Source of the DNA: Octopus vulgaris
Taxonomy: Eukaryota
Assembly (NCBI GenBank): GCA_951406725.2
Contig: OX597835.1
Span: 5,890,001-5,954,000 of the forward strand
Length of the DNA: 64,000 bases
Direction of reading: 5' to 3'
Below the pieces are notes generated by a model. That model was not told the DNA's origin and did not search any database. It saw nothing but the letters and a program-made list of their open reading frames with translations. A program made the translations under genes and the position numbers. Shown here piece by piece: positions 11,133 to 25,065 of the stretch (position 1 is the stretch's first letter; every line of letters starts with the position of its first letter).

Positions 11133-12528
11133 TGAGTGTGTGTGTATATGTATGTGTGTATCGTTATTGTTTATTATGTGTGTGTGTCGTTATTATTTGA
11201 GGCCTTGCAATATTCGTATGTGTGTTTATATGACTGTGGGCATAGTGAAACATATACATACATACATGCATACATACGTACATACATACATACACATATA
11301 TATCTATCTGTCTATATATATATATATATAATATTATATAGTATGACAAAATGTAGTACGCCTACCTACTATAACATACTACATATAAATATTATGTAAT
11401 ATATATGTATTTATGTATGTAAAGTTGTGTTTGTATATGCAGAGTATAAAAAGTATATTCGTCAGTATAACATCACATATAAGTAAATACAAACAATATT
11501 ATCATGCGATCTGTGTTAAATATTTCATATATTCGTTTTGCTGTGCGTGTGTGTGTAAATACATATATAAATATATGTGTGAGTATAAGTGTGAGTATAT
11601 ATATGTATGTGTATATATGTGTCTGTGTGTGTGTGTGTGTGTGTGCACATCAATACTTCCTTAGCTTCCGATGGTATACTCCTTCACACGGAATCTTGTT
11701 GTCGTTATGTGTGTGATAACATTGGAGGTTCTGTTGGGTTTTTTTTTGTTGTTGTTTTTTTTTCGTGCAAAAAAACAAAAAGAACAAAAACAAATGTATC
11801 TCCGCTTCCTCGTCACCGTTTCATCGGCACCTCAACCGCCGCCACCACCACCTCTGCCTCTGCCTCTGCCTCCGCCGTTTGCTTCCTCTGGCGAGACTAG
11901 CGCCACCACCATCATCATCATCATCATCATCATCACTATCATCACAACCATCTGCATCTACATCATCATCATCATCATCATCATCATAATAGCAGCAGAT
12001 ACCACCGTCTTTTCACCTTCATCGCCATCAGCTTTCCCGCCTTTATCGTCGCCACCGCCGCCATGTTGATCCTCCTTATTAGCCTTAGTTCTGCTGCTGC
12101 TGCTGCTGCTGGTGTTGCACCTGCTGCTGCTGCTGTTTATTATTATTATTATCCACAAGTGTTGTTCTCGTTGTTTTTGTTGTTGTTGTTATTATTATTA
12201 TTATTCATTGTTGCTGCTGTTGTTGTTGTTGTTGTTGTTGGCCGTCCACCGTCGCAAACTCTAGCGTTGCGTCCGGTTCAATTCTTTTGTTTTTTAAAAT
12301 ATTTTTTAAGGAGTTTCAACGCGTTTTTTTTTCTTCACTTCACTTTCAACCTTCTGATCTTTTTTTACGGCACGTATGTGCGTGTATGTGTGTGTATGTG
12401 TATGTACATGTGCGTGTATATGCGTGAAAGTATATGTGCACGTTTGTGTATGTGCATCTGTATTTGTGTGTGTGTGTGTGAGTGTGCACGCGTGTGTGTG
12501 CGTTATTGTATATCAGTATGTATATGTA

Positions 12529-12575
<47 letters not shown>

Positions 12576-12649
12576 CTGTATGTGTGTGTGTGTGTGTGTG
12601 TGTCTGTATAAATGTGTGTGCGTGTGTTTCCTTTATAGAACGCAAACTC

Positions 12650-13090
12650 TTTTCCTCGACCTCACTCTTTCATTGCTGAACTTTTTCTCTCTTTCATTTT
12701 CACTCTCTATTTCTCTATCTATCTCATTCTCTCTCTCTCTCTCTTCTTTCTCTCCCTCCAGGCATGGGCTTTCATCTCCTTCTCTCCCTATCTCTCACTC
12801 TTTCTCTCCCTCTTACTCCTCCTCCTTCTCCTCCTCCTCAAGCTTCCCTTACACTTTCCTCCCTCCCCTTCACCTTTCTAAGCTCGTCATTATTTCCCCG
12901 ACATAGCTTCCCCTCCTCCTCATTTTCTACTCTTCCTCCACTATCTCTCACTCTCTCACTGTCTCTCACCTTCTCCCTCGTCCTCTCTCTCTCTCTCTCT
13001 CTCCATTTCCTATTCCAGCTTCTTCCTGCCTTCTCTTCCTCACACACAACCTCTGCCTTCTCCCTTCTCTTACAGTCACCCTTTTCCTTC
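12650..13090. repeat. About 440-bp polypyrimidine/polypurine tract
   Basis: Plus strand is predominantly C/T, with (CT)n runs. Confidence 0.85.
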
Positions 13091-13249
13091 ACACACACAG
13101 ACACCTACACGCAGACACACACACATACATACACACACACACAAACTAACACACACACACAAACAAACGCATTGTGTGACTTGCACAACATTTAGAGTAG
13201 ACGCGCACTGCGCGCATTTGAAAATGAAAGAGTATATATATATCTCTCT

Positions 13250-13640
13250 CTCTTTTACTTGTTTCAGTCATTTGACTGAGGCTATGCTGGAGCACCGCCT
13301 TTAGTCGAGCAAATCGACCCCAGGACTTATTATTTGTAAGCAAAGTACATATTCTATCGGTCTCTTTTGTAGAACCGCTAGTTTACAGGGACGTAAATAC
13401 ACCATCATCGGTTGTCAAGCGATGTTGGAGGGACAAACACAGACACACAAACACGCACACGCATATATATACATATATATATATACGACGGGCTTCTTTC
13501 AGTTTCCGTCTACCAAATCTACTCACAAGGCCTTGGTCGGCCCGAGGCTATAGGAGAAGGCACTTGCCCAAGATGCCACACAGTGGGAGTGAACCCGGAA
13601 CCATGTGGTTTGTAAGCAAGCTACTTACCACACAGCCACA
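13250..13640 (-). mobile_element. SINE-B (tRNA-derived CORE-type SINE), full length
   Basis: Minus strand gtggctgtgtggtaagtagcttgc, ggttccgggttca, cttgggcaagtg (CORE-like), internal microsatellite, 3' end tgactgaaacaagtaaaagag. Confidence 0.88.
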
Positions 13641-13649
13641 CATATATAC

Positions 13650-13795
13650 CTTCGAATGCGGAGTAGATGAAAAAGGGACAAGTGAAGAAGGGGAATATTC
13701 CTTATGTTGTATGTCTTGTTTCTCAGCTTTTTTTTTGTTATTGTTTGAAAAAAAGTTCCTTTCCATGTTTTTGTTTTTGTTTTTATGTCCCGTAC
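13650..13795 (+). mobile_element. (TA)n-associated repeat, probably Penelope-derived; inverted relative at 16685-16870
   Basis: gagtagatgaaa.agggacaa.tgaagaagg.gaatatt shared in opposite orientation. Confidence 0.6.
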
Positions 13796-13836
13796 GCATG
13801 TATATATACATATATGTATGTATATATTTATATATC

Positions 13837-13883
<47 letters not shown>

Positions 13884-13962
13884 AAGATGTATATACATAT
13901 ATATATGATGTATATATATATATATTTGTGCGTGTGTGTGTGTGTGTGTGTGTGTTTGTATA

Positions 13963-14170
13963 CAAGGTTCTACTGAAAAGTTCCTGGCTTTGAATAAAAG
14001 AAAAGACAGAAGGATCAGTTAATCATAATTTTATTCAATTTATTCCCCTCTCAGTCCTTTAGATTTTTCAGCCTCTGTAAAAGTATTCGGAAGGTTGGGT
14101 CTCCAACCGGGCCTTTCGCGATACTTTTAAGTCAGGGACTTAAAGCCGGGAACTTTACAGCACACCCTTG
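13963..14170. mobile_element. Mariner-type MITE
   Basis: About 29-bp imperfect TIRs (caagg..ctgaaaagttcctggcttt / aaagccgggaactttacagcacacccttg) flanked by TA. Confidence 0.8.
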
Positions 14171-14174
14171 TATG

Positions 14175-14218
<44 letters not shown>

Positions 14219-14220
14219 TG

Positions 14221-14267
<47 letters not shown>

Positions 14268-14820
14268 TACATATAGACACATACACACACATAAATATAT
14301 ACATATATATAGATAAAATTCTTGAGCCCGTAAAGGACGGTTCGAGCGAGAATTTGAACCTGAGGTATCCTCGGTCCATGTAAATTCAGTGCATTGTTGC
14401 TGTTGATGTTGTTGCTCTGTGTTGATGTGCAGCCAATGTTGTTGTTCTTGTTTACCCACACCTCGCACCCGCGCCATCACAGTCCTATGTGCTCCAGGGT
14501 ATGTCAACTAAAGTTTCTAACATATCATCCCTCGTTTAAGACTATAGCGTGTAAGTTGAGGGAAATCGGGCAACTATTTCTAGGAGGAGGTGGACAGGCC
14601 AGGTAGGAACACTATCACTAGCACTGGTTCGTCTGTCTGTCTGTCTGTGTTTGTGTGTGTCTGTGTGTGTGTGTGTCTGTGTGTGTGTGTGTGTGACGTA
14701 TGCCTCTCCAGTTATGTATATATATATATAGTTTTTTGTGTAAAGTCTTATTTACATTACACACTATGTAAACCCGCACACACACACACACATACACACA
14801 CACACACACACACATACATG

Positions 14821-15044
14821 TGAGTGGGGCTGAAAAGTTCCTGGCATTTGGGTAGAAGAAAAGAGAAGGGAATCAGTTAATTATGGTTTTATTCAACACA
14901 TTCCTCTCGCAGATTCAGACACTTATTGCAGTGGTCCTTCAGTCTTTCTAAGCCCTGTAAATAACTGAACTGGGAAGATTGGACCTCCAGCCAGGCCCTT
15001 TGCAACAGCCTTCGGGAAAGTCAGGAACTTTCAGCACACCCTCG
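14821..15044. mobile_element. Second copy of the same mariner-type MITE
   Basis: gctgaaaagttcctggc...tcaggaactttcagcacaccctcg-TA; internal sequence aligns with 13963-14170. Confidence 0.78.
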
Positions 15045-15279
15045 TATATATATAAATGTGTGTGTGTGTGTCTATTTGTATATATATATACATATGTACA
15101 CATACATTCAACATATGTGTGTGTGTGTGTGCGTGCTTGTGATATAGTTATGTGTATTTACGTATATGCACCGCATTGTACAATTTTGGACGTTAGATTC
15201 TTATGCGCATATATATACGTGTATACATTTATTATCTTCACATCTGTACGTATATTTATAGACAGACAGACAGACAGAC

Positions 15280-15441
<162 letters not shown>

Positions 15442-15708
15442 CTTTATAGACAGACAGACACACTTAAACATACATGTACTATAACCTGCTAATTTGTGGT
15501 TTGCATGAGTGTTTGTATATATTGGTCTATACAAAACGATGTTGAACATTAATTGCATCTTGCGTAAGTGTGTATATAAGTGTAAGCATATACATGCATA
15601 TATAGGTGCGTACGTGTTAATTACAAATTATGTGTGAATGTATGTATTTATATATACGTATAAAATAAGTAGACATACAAGAAACTATAAAATAGAACTT
15701 GCATACAA

Positions 15709-15782
<74 letters not shown>

Positions 15783-15897
15783 TATTAGAAGAAATGAAGC
15801 TAATCAGAAGATCGGATGGTTCATATTTATAGATATTTATTTATATGTTACATTTTTTACATATATATATCATATCATTCAGATTATATCATTCAGA

Positions 15898-15940
15898 TTA
15901 TTAGCGCTTTCTCCCATTCTAGTGGGGTTTTCAAATCAAA
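15898..15940 (-). ncRNA. Type I hammerhead-like motif, U3-A8 variant
   Basis: tgat-TTGAAAA-cccca ctagaa tggga-GAAA-gcgc-TA-ataa; palindromic stem III AGCGCT; weak stem I. Confidence 0.55.
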
Positions 15941-16304
15941 TTATATATATATATATATGGATGTCTATACATAAAGACGTGGACACACACACACTCGCAC
16001 ACACGCAGCTACGGCGCTGGAAGTTTGTGTGTGTGTGACCGAGAGAGAAAGAGCTGCTTCGGTATTAAGCTACTAAAGTGTTTGCGTGTCAGTGTGAGCG
16101 CGTACAGGCGCGTTTGTTGGAATGAATGTTTTTATGCACATATCATGTGTGTGTGTGTGTGTGCATGTACTGCGTGTGTGTTCAAGCGTATTTGTTCGTA
16201 CGTACATGCGCATATCTTTATGCAGAGTTGCATGGAAGCATCTGTGTGTGTGTGTGTGTGTGTGCGTACATTCCTTCGTTCTTTTATTCCTTTGATTGTC
16301 AAAG

Positions 16305-16510
16305 TCATTTTGACTGCGGCCATGCTGGAGCATCGCTTTAAAGGGTTTGTAGACGAAGAAATCGGCCCGATTTCAGTTTCCGCATACCAAATCCCATCTC
16401 ACAAGGCTTTTGGTCGGCCCGAGGCTATAGCAGAAGGCACTTACCCAAGGTGCCACGCAGTGGGACTGAACCCGGAACCTTGTGGTTGGGAAGCAAGCTT
16501 CTTACCACGC
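16305..16510 (-). mobile_element. Internally deleted SINE-B
   Basis: Tail piece gcggccatgctggagc joined to head piece cacttacccaaggtgccacgcagtgggactgaacccggaacc. Confidence 0.8.
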
Positions 16511-16567
16511 CTTTGTGTATATATATATATATATATAATATATACATATATATATAATATATATATA

Positions 16568-16605
<38 letters not shown>

Positions 16606-16879
16606 ATATATATTATATAAATATATGCATATATTCATACATATATGTACATACCTACATATATATGTATATATACATGCATATATGGATACAGGACATC
16701 AAAAATACGTTGATCACAGTGAGAAACGAAAACATAAAAACAAAAACATAGAAATGAAACTTTTTTTTCGAACAACGAAAAAAAAATAGAGACACGGGAC
16801 ATACAACATAAAAAATATTCCCCTTCTTCAGTTGTCCCTGTTTCATCTACTCGCGTTTTCGAAGGTAGGGACCAGACGC

Positions 16880-17892
16880 GACTCCGTTGAAACAGTCCTT
16901 CCCGCACGTAGTAATCTATGGAATTAGAATTGGATGAATTAGGAATCCAGAAATTGGGGCTGCTAAAGTCGTAGAAATTTTCCGACAACCACTTCTGACT
17001 CTTTCGAAACGTATGGCACGGATCCGCATTCTACTACTGCACATATGGCTATCCAGCAGTGGCCTGCTCCAGCCAGTGCTTGACCCCTGTTTCCAGCAGC
17101 TTCGCATAGCCGTCTGAATTGAGCTAATGATCCTGTTCAAAAATGTGGAGTGGCATAGCGTAGCCCTCACTGGAGACACACCCAAAGACAATCACAGTTT
17201 GGTGGAACTTGGTTTTCCTGAAACGTGTTACACATGAATTGTAGGCAAGTCACTTGTTGTTCTGCGTGTTGCGCAGCTGGCCCGAGCAGAATTTATTTTA
17301 GCCTGAGAACAAGATCAGCCCCAGCTCACCATGATATCTCAACTTATTCAGGAGTTTCCTTGCCTTCGTCAATCGGTTCTCCTCGCCTTGGCGGTCAAAA
17401 TTTTCCCCATGAGCCTATTGAATGAATGGTAGCGAAGGTCCTTATTCAGAGCAAGATTCATGCTGGCGGCTCCAACATCTGTTTCTCTCGCCAAAGCCTG
17501 GATTCCTTCGCTCGGATCTTCTAGTATCTTATCCTGCAGTTGCTGTACGAATTTCGTCGTTCGGACGCAGTCAGAATTCCTGCTGTGTCCCTTCCAGCTG
17601 GACAGAGCTTCGTAGTCTCCGCTACATCTGTCCAGTTCACGTTTTACAGCCTTCAAAGAGCTTTGACCAGCAGTCGTGATGTTTGCGTTTTGAGATTCGG
17701 CGCGAATCATCATGATGCAGGTAACTCTTTTCCAATACTCAGATGACTCCCAGCCCCTCTATATCAGGTAGATATTTTCTCAATTACAATTTTAATCTTC
17801 GTGCTCTTCAACGCCGTTGACTGTTTACCAATATCAAGATCTTCCAGAAAACAAAATGGAGCCATAACATATCGTCAAATCTAGCAACACCA
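16880..17892 (-). mobile_element. Degenerate Tc1/mariner (DD37D, maT-like) transposon
   Basis: Frameshifted peptides VRTTKFVQQLQDKILEDPS..IQALARE..DLRYHS (HTH region) and FWIPNSSNSNSIDYYV (WPPNSPDLNPxDY-like); TIR-like end near 17892. Confidence 0.75.
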
Positions 17893-17898
17893 TATGTG

Positions 17899-17931
<33 letters not shown>

Positions 17932-17991
17932 CTGCGTGTCTGTGTGTGTGAGTTTGTGTGTGTGTATGTGTGTGTGTGTCTGTGTGTGTGA

Positions 17992-18085
<94 letters not shown>

Positions 18086-18098
18086 GTGTGTAAATATA

Positions 18099-18219
18099 AT
18101 GTGACAATTATTCGGTAGCCATGATAAAACTCCGTGTTTCGGATGTCGGGCCGGAAACCCACGCCGCCCCAACATCCGAAACTCGGAGTTTTATCATGGC
18201 TACTGAATAATTGTCGCAT
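18099..18219. repeat. Foldback: 52-bp arms (48/52 match), 17-nt loop
   Basis: 18099-18150 versus 18168-18219; each arm holds a hammerhead 3' half (cc-GAAAC-(t/a)cgga-GTT). Confidence 0.9.
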
Positions 18220-18295
18220 ATCATATTTACAGATAAATTCCTCTATTTGCATAGTATTCTGATCTCTTCCATTCTTTTGTTGTCACACCATTTCT

Positions 18296-18345
<50 letters not shown>

Positions 18346-18384
18346 GCACGCGCATGTATGTATATATGTATTACGTGTGTGAGT

Positions 18385-18744
<360 letters not shown>

Positions 18745-19432
18745 GTTTGATATGATAGTTTATCAGTGAATATCTTCGGCGTCACTTTGCTTGAAATCGT
18801 TGCCAAATCTGTTTTAAATTGTAAGATGATTGCTAGTTTGGAGTGCACATGTCTGTGTGTATGTGTGTGTGAGTTTGTGTGTGTTTTTGTACGTGTGTGC
18901 GCGCGTGTGTATGTAAGTGTTTGCATATGTATACATTTAAACGTTTATATTTAATATGATTTACTTGTATTAGTGTATTCAAGTATGAGTGTGTATTGAT
19001 GTTGTTGTCGTTGAGTAGACCCAGGTCATCTGTGGTCGAGCACTCCTCGTCTGTCATGCGCAAACTACAGATACAGTTTCCGTTTATATCAGGTTTCCCT
19101 CTAACAGGAGATTCTGGTGGTGGCCACAGCAGGGACATGAAACATGGAATCAGACGGAGCGTGTCATTTGCTTTTTTTTCTGCCCTTATTGCTAGTTGTG
19201 TCTATCTGAGCCGCAGGATTTGGGGTCGAATGAGGTCACTGAAGTTTAAGCTATTTCTGTGGATCTCTGATATTTTTGCCTTCCTCTGTCCTGAGATAAA
19301 AAGGTATTGTTCTGACTCTGGCCTTTTTGAGCTTACAAATTTGTATTTCCTTAGTTATTGATTGTCTATCTATAGAGAGGGTTCAAAACCAACCATCAGT
19401 TTCCCGACTAAGTTTCTCTGAAATATATAAAA

Positions 19433-19827
19433 CTAGCAGTATCGCCCGGCGTTGCTCGGGTTTGTAAGAGAAATAACTATATAAGCATGTGTAGAGAGTT
19501 ATAGCCAAAAAATAGCAAAAAAATGCATTAAAAATGGGAAAAAAATGATGGTAAATTTTTTTAAATCGTTGACTCATCGTAGACATTTTTAGAGAGTTTC
19601 TTCCCTTATATAATAGCGAAAAAATGCATTAAAATGGAAAAAAATGATGGTAAATTTTTTTTAAATCGTAGACTCATCGTAGACGCGCGCTAATACCCAG
19701 AAGGGCTCGATATGAATCACGACTATAAGATACCCGGTTTTGGTTAAACTGCACCGCAAAATGTGGGAGTAGTTAGGAATCTAAATCGTAGGAGACAGAC
19801 ACACAACCTCTCTTTTATATATAAAGA
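19433..19827 (-). mobile_element. Non-autonomous Helitron
   Basis: Minus strand begins TCtttatatataaaa and ends with hairpin cccgagcaacgccggg then CTAG; inserted between A and T with no TSD; internal duplication of about 80 bp. Confidence 0.8.
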
Positions 19828-20222
19828 TTAATTTGTTTGATCTACCAATGTGGATGTATTGCATCATGTTGTTGTTGTTGTAACACAGTGTTGTTGTTGT
19901 TGTTGTTGTTTGTATTCTTGTGGCTGCTGTCTTCGCTCTTATTCCTAAATACTCTCTTTAATAATACTTTTGGTGATTTTTTTTTTTTTTTTGATAATTC
20001 CCACTTTTTTCTCTAAGCTTATTTCTTTCCTTTATCTTCTTCATCAGTCATTTGATGTTCAGTTTTATTTTCGTTGTCTGCGGTTTGAGTGCAACGGTGG
20101 TCGCAGCTTTTACGAGCTGAGGTATTCCTGCTCTGTAATTAAGATTGTATATCTATGTTCCCTTCTGGATATATAAGCTTTCATGCATTTATAATTTTGT
20201 TGAGTATATATCTTCGATCTAC

Positions 20223-20290
<68 letters not shown>

Positions 20291-20331
20291 ATATCCATCT
20301 ATCTATCTATCTATCACTCTAATTATATATC

Positions 20332-20379
<48 letters not shown>

Positions 20380-20492
20380 ACTCTAATTATCTATCTATCT
20401 ATCTATCACTATAACTATATATCTATCTATCTATCTATCTAACTATCTATCTGCACACACACATATACAAACACAAAAATGCATGCATGCAT

Positions 20493-20715
20493 AGGAGCAC
20501 TCCGTCGGTTACGACGACGAGGGTCCCAGCTGATACGATCAACGGAACAGCTTGCTCCTGAAATTAACGTGCAAGTGACTGAGACACATACACGTGTACT
20601 CTTAACGTAGTTCTCAGGGAGATTCAGCGTGACACTAAGTGTGACAAAGCTGGTCCTTTGAAATACAGGTACTACTCATTTTTGCCTGCTGAGTCCACTC
20701 AGCTGGCAAAAATGT
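20493..20715 (-). mobile_element. SINE-C, 5'-truncated, tail type 1
   Basis: gagcactccgtcggttacgacgacgagggtccc... matches 3793-3960. Confidence 0.85.
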
Positions 20716-21419
20716 ATACATGCATACATACATACAGCCGAATAAAGGAAATTTGGAGCTTAAAACTCTCTGCATTCAATAAAACAAGTATTATTAAACC
20801 TCATGAAAAGCGGTTACATATATTCTTACAAACATACATGCATGTATGCACACACACACATACGTACATGCACACGCATGCACGCACACACACACGAACA
20901 TATATGTATACATGTGCATATATGTGTGTGTTTGCTCTTATGTCAAGTCTTAAAAAAACTTCAAGAATAAACTGGAGAATTGGTCAGTACTTTATAGTAG
21001 GGTACTTGTTTATATTTTTAGAAACAGTGGCATGGCAGTGACTTCGAAGTCATTCTCACTCTTATTATAAAAATGTTATATGTATGTGTGTTTGACGTGT
21101 ATACATGTGTGCGTGTGTGTGTGTGTGTGTGCATGTTTATATGTATATGTTTGTATACACACACATAGATATATATATATGTTTAAGTATGCATGTATAT
21201 ACAATTGTAGAAACGACGTTACGCCACCGGAAAGCGAAATCGCGTCGACTAGTTTCGAGTCTTATTAATCATTCAATCAGTGATTGGTTATTTTTGCCCT
21301 AATCCAGAAGTTTCTAGAGTACTCTTTTGTCCGAGTATGAATCTACCTTCCTTAAAATCCTTTAAAATGTTTTAGCCCGAAGGCCGCGGCCATGCTGGGG
21401 CACCACCGCTGAATGAGCT

Positions 21420-21695
21420 ACACTAATATGTGAATCCACCTCTGATACGTGGCACTTGATCATCAAGGGAGTTCGATGCTGCTGCCCGCATCTGCGTCTC
21501 CTGCCGTGAGGTAGGTTCATCTGGGACTCCCGACAAGAAGAGATCCAGTTTAGTTTTAAAGAAACCCACATCCACACCATGTAAGTCTCTCGGGCATTTA
21601 GGGAGGATGTTAAAGAGCTGTGGTCCTCTGAAACCCAAGCTGTTGCAGTATCTGGACATGTATCTTGATGGTGATGTTGGAATCTTTGGCACCTT
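21420..21695 (-). mobile_element. CR1/L2-like LINE 3' fragment
   Basis: NSLGFRGPQLFNILPK..FKTKLDLFLSGVPDEP; homologous to 26600-26770 and 36070-36310. Confidence 0.7.
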
Positions 21696-21983
21696 AAATA
21701 ACGTTAACTTTTAATTTTGTGTGGGATTTAAGAATGGATTTATGATTTTGTATAAGTTTTGAATAAAATTCTAACTTCAGTATTTGTGATTCTAAGGGAA
21801 CATATGTGACTTCAAAACAAAATATCGATTTTTTTTTGTCTGTATAACAAGTCATTTCAAAATGAGAATAGTGACACCAATATGCAACATGACACTTCAA
21901 AATGATAATATGAATTTCAAAGTGAGCATCTGTCACTTAAATGCTAAGTCCTTTGGCTCAATTATGTAATGTAATCTGGAATT

Positions 21984-22320
21984 GTGAAGGCACATGGCTC
22001 ATTGTTTAGAGCGTCGATCTTACGATCGTGAGGTTGTGAGTTCGAGTCCCGGACCGGGCTGCGTGTTGTGTTCTTGAGCAAGACACTTTATTTCACGTTG
22101 CTCTAGTTCACTCATCTGTAGAAATGAGTTGCGATGCCACAGGTGTCAAGCCGTATCGGCCTTTGCCTTTCCTTTGGATAACACTGGTGGAGCTGACAGG
22201 GGAGGCTGGTATGCATGGGCGACTGCTGGTCTTCCATAAACAACCTAGCCCGGACTCGTGCCTAGGAGGGTAACTTTCTAGGTGCAATCCCATGGTCTGT
22301 GTCGTGACCGAAGGGGGTCT
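21984..22320 (+). mobile_element. SINE-C head with tail type 2
   Basis: gtgaaggcacatggctc..gagttcgagtccc..gttgtgttcttgagcaagacacttt, then a different 3' region. Confidence 0.82.
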
Positions 22321-22479
22321 CAGAAGTCTGGGATACTTTAACATGTGCTGTTAAAATAAGTATTAGTGTTAGAAATGAAAAGCTCTACAGAAATGGAAAG
22401 CTATAATCAAATGTGTTATTTCCAACAGAAACACCAATATTTTGGAATTATGTTTTCTTAAAATCTACAGATGTGTGTG

Positions 22480-23470
22480 ACTTCGAGAATGGTATCGTAA
22501 GACGAATGAGATTTGTAGGAGCAGAGCGTCACCTAATTCTTTAAAAATTAAAGTGCTTATTCTGTGGACGGTGTTTGTATTAATATCTGCCATAGAAGCA
22601 GGAAGTGGATGTGGAACAAAAAAGATTGCAGTTCTTTATGTCGCCTGCAATCAACTAAAGATCTTGAATAGAACTAGAACGGTCTTGCTCAATCTATAGG
22701 CATTCATTGAAAGTCTACAAATAGAATCAGTTTAGATATTTAAAGGCAAGAACACGACCAACATACACTGTTGGTTATAAGCAAATACATAAGAATCCCT
22801 CCATTTTGCAGAACACAATAAAAGATTGACGTAGACCACAGCATCCACTTGTAAGAGTCGCAATTCAAAGTCTTTAGATATCATGCTGATAACAAGAAGA
22901 AATTGCTGGTTCCCCTACAAAAAGATAGTAATCGATATCTACCGCTAATTTTGGACGTGAATTTGCCACTTAGCATTTGATGACTGTTATTCTCTCTGGA
23001 AAACCAGCAATATTTTGTGGATGAATATAGCTTTAATCTCACACTACCAGTATCTCTGGTTGGCCCTTCAGAGTCGAGCACGCAGTTGGATCTATTCCAA
23101 AACAGCGAGAAAGAATCTGAATAACATTATTAGAGTTATATCAATTACAGAGGGACTTCTCGCGTATTATGCTAATGTGTTTAAGGCGCAGTTTGCAAAA
23201 GTTTCTGCTCCATTTAGCTTGACATTTTCCATATCAGAAATATATTTACACATTCAATATTTCCCCCATGCATCATGGATCGAAGTTTCCATTTAAGATA
23301 TCGACAGTTATTACCTGAAACACCCACCAATGTATTGATTTACAATTAGTCCCGTAATGGAATATCTTGCGTGTAAAAGATGCGCAATAAAAGAGGAAAT
23401 TTGCTTGGCAGATATGTGTACCGACGTGACGAAAAATCCTACAGGTGTAATGAAATCCAAACAGCAAGAT
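22480..23470 (+). mobile_element. Possible ancient BEL/Pao LTR-retrotransposon pol relic
   Basis: Heavily frameshifted; colinear traces resembling FxDAS (QYFVDEY), SIP and WRYVPTxxNPAD (ggcagatatgtgtaccgacg..aatcct). Tentative. Confidence 0.35.
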
Positions 23471-23619
23471 AATATTTTTTCAGAAAATTAGCTTTGGGTA
23501 ACATTGCTGTATTTATCAATGAAATATGGGAAAGTAATATAGTAAGATTTTCTTTTGTCCGATTACTTGGCTGAGTAAAACTTTAAAATGGCTAAACAAC
23601 TTCATATTGTTATTATAGC

Positions 23620-24175
23620 AGAAACATTAGCACGCCGGGCGCATTGCTTTGCGTTATTTCGTCTGTCTTTATGTTCTGAGTTCAAATTCCGCCGAGGTCG
23701 ACTTTGCCTTTCATCCTTTCAGGGTCGATTAAATAAGTACCAGTTGCGTACTGGGGGTCGATCTAATCGGATGGCCACTCACACTCAAGATTTCGAGCCA
23801 TGTGCCTAGAGTGGAAAAGATTATAGGATGCTTCTAAGGCGGTAAGATGGCAGATTTGTTAGCACGCCGCGCGAAATGCTTAGCGGTATTTCGTCTGCCG
23901 CTACGTTCTGAGTTCAAATTCCACCGAGGTTGACTTTGCCTTTCATTCTTTCAGGGTCGATTAAATAAGTACCAGTTACGCACTGGGGTCGATATAATCG
24001 ACTTAATCCGTTTGTCTGCCCTTGTTTATCCTCTCTATGTTTAGCCCCTTGTAGGTAGTAAAGAAATAGGTATTTTGTCTGCCGCCACGTTCTGAGTTCA
24101 AATTCCGCCGAGGTCGACTTTTGCCTTTCATCCTTTCGGGGTTGATAAGTTAAGTACCAGCCTTGTGCCTATAGT
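23620..24175 (+). mobile_element. SINE-A monomer (about 23620-23820) followed by a dimer (23836-24175)
   Basis: Cores ttctgagttcaaattcc..gactttgcctttca at about 23675, 23905 and 24090. Confidence 0.87.
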
Positions 24176-24567
24176 ATGCTTCGATATTATTTAAAATCGT
24201 TGTAATCATCTCGAAGTATAGAGTCCCATTTTAAATTCATTATTTTCACTTCGAACTTGTCTCAAATATGGCCGCTTCAATAACAATGATTTAGATCGAT
24301 CACTCGCTCCGTTCCTCGAGAGAGATTAATATTCTGGCGCAAACATGATGAAGACTTCGTTTCCAGCACTTGTCTGGAATGTGTTTACCAAAGACAAATG
24401 ACTCGTGATTTTATCTTACATTCTAAAACCCACAGAGGCACACACAAATGTGTGTGTGTGTGTATGTGTGGATGTGTGTATATGCATGTGTGTATATGTA
24501 TATATGTACCTATATGTGTGTATATATATATGTATATATGTATATATGTATGTATATATATCTATAT

Positions 24568-24611
<44 letters not shown>

Positions 24612-24872
24612 GTATTTATGTATAAGTTCAGTAAAAATTTAGATTCAGATGAATATGGTACTTAAGTTGAGGCACTAGAATTTAGTATGGTATTATCCAT
24701 GCAATTTCAAAATAAGGGGATTAAAATCAAAATAAGGATATCCAGAGGTAATGCAGTATGATCGTTTCATGCGACTCCATGTTCTTTGTCTATCTCCTTA
24801 ACTTCTTGGAGATCTTAGGTAAAATTATACTTATGTGTCCTTATGTTCTAATTTAATTAAATTCTATGTCTT

Positions 24873-24966
24873 TGTACAGCTGATGATTGCTCTATATTCT
24901 AAATTGATGTAATGAAATGATTGCATCGGTCAAGTAAATGGAGTCGCATGAAACGATCGTACTGCA
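24873..24966 (+). ncRNA. Type I hammerhead-like motif inside a foldback repeat
   Basis: cag-CTGATGA-t tgctctat...atggagtcgca t-GAAA-c gatc g-TA-ctg; inverted arms 24716-24780 and 24938-25009. Confidence 0.55.
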
Positions 24967-25013
24967 TTACCTCTGGATGTCAATGCTGCTTATTTTGATT
25001 TTAATCCCCATAT

Positions 25014-25065
<52 letters not shown>

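Noticed and set aside
18099-18219. Hairpin as a pre-miRNA
   Set aside because: Near-perfect arms made of repeat-derived ribozyme halves fit a retroelement foldback better; no expression evidence.
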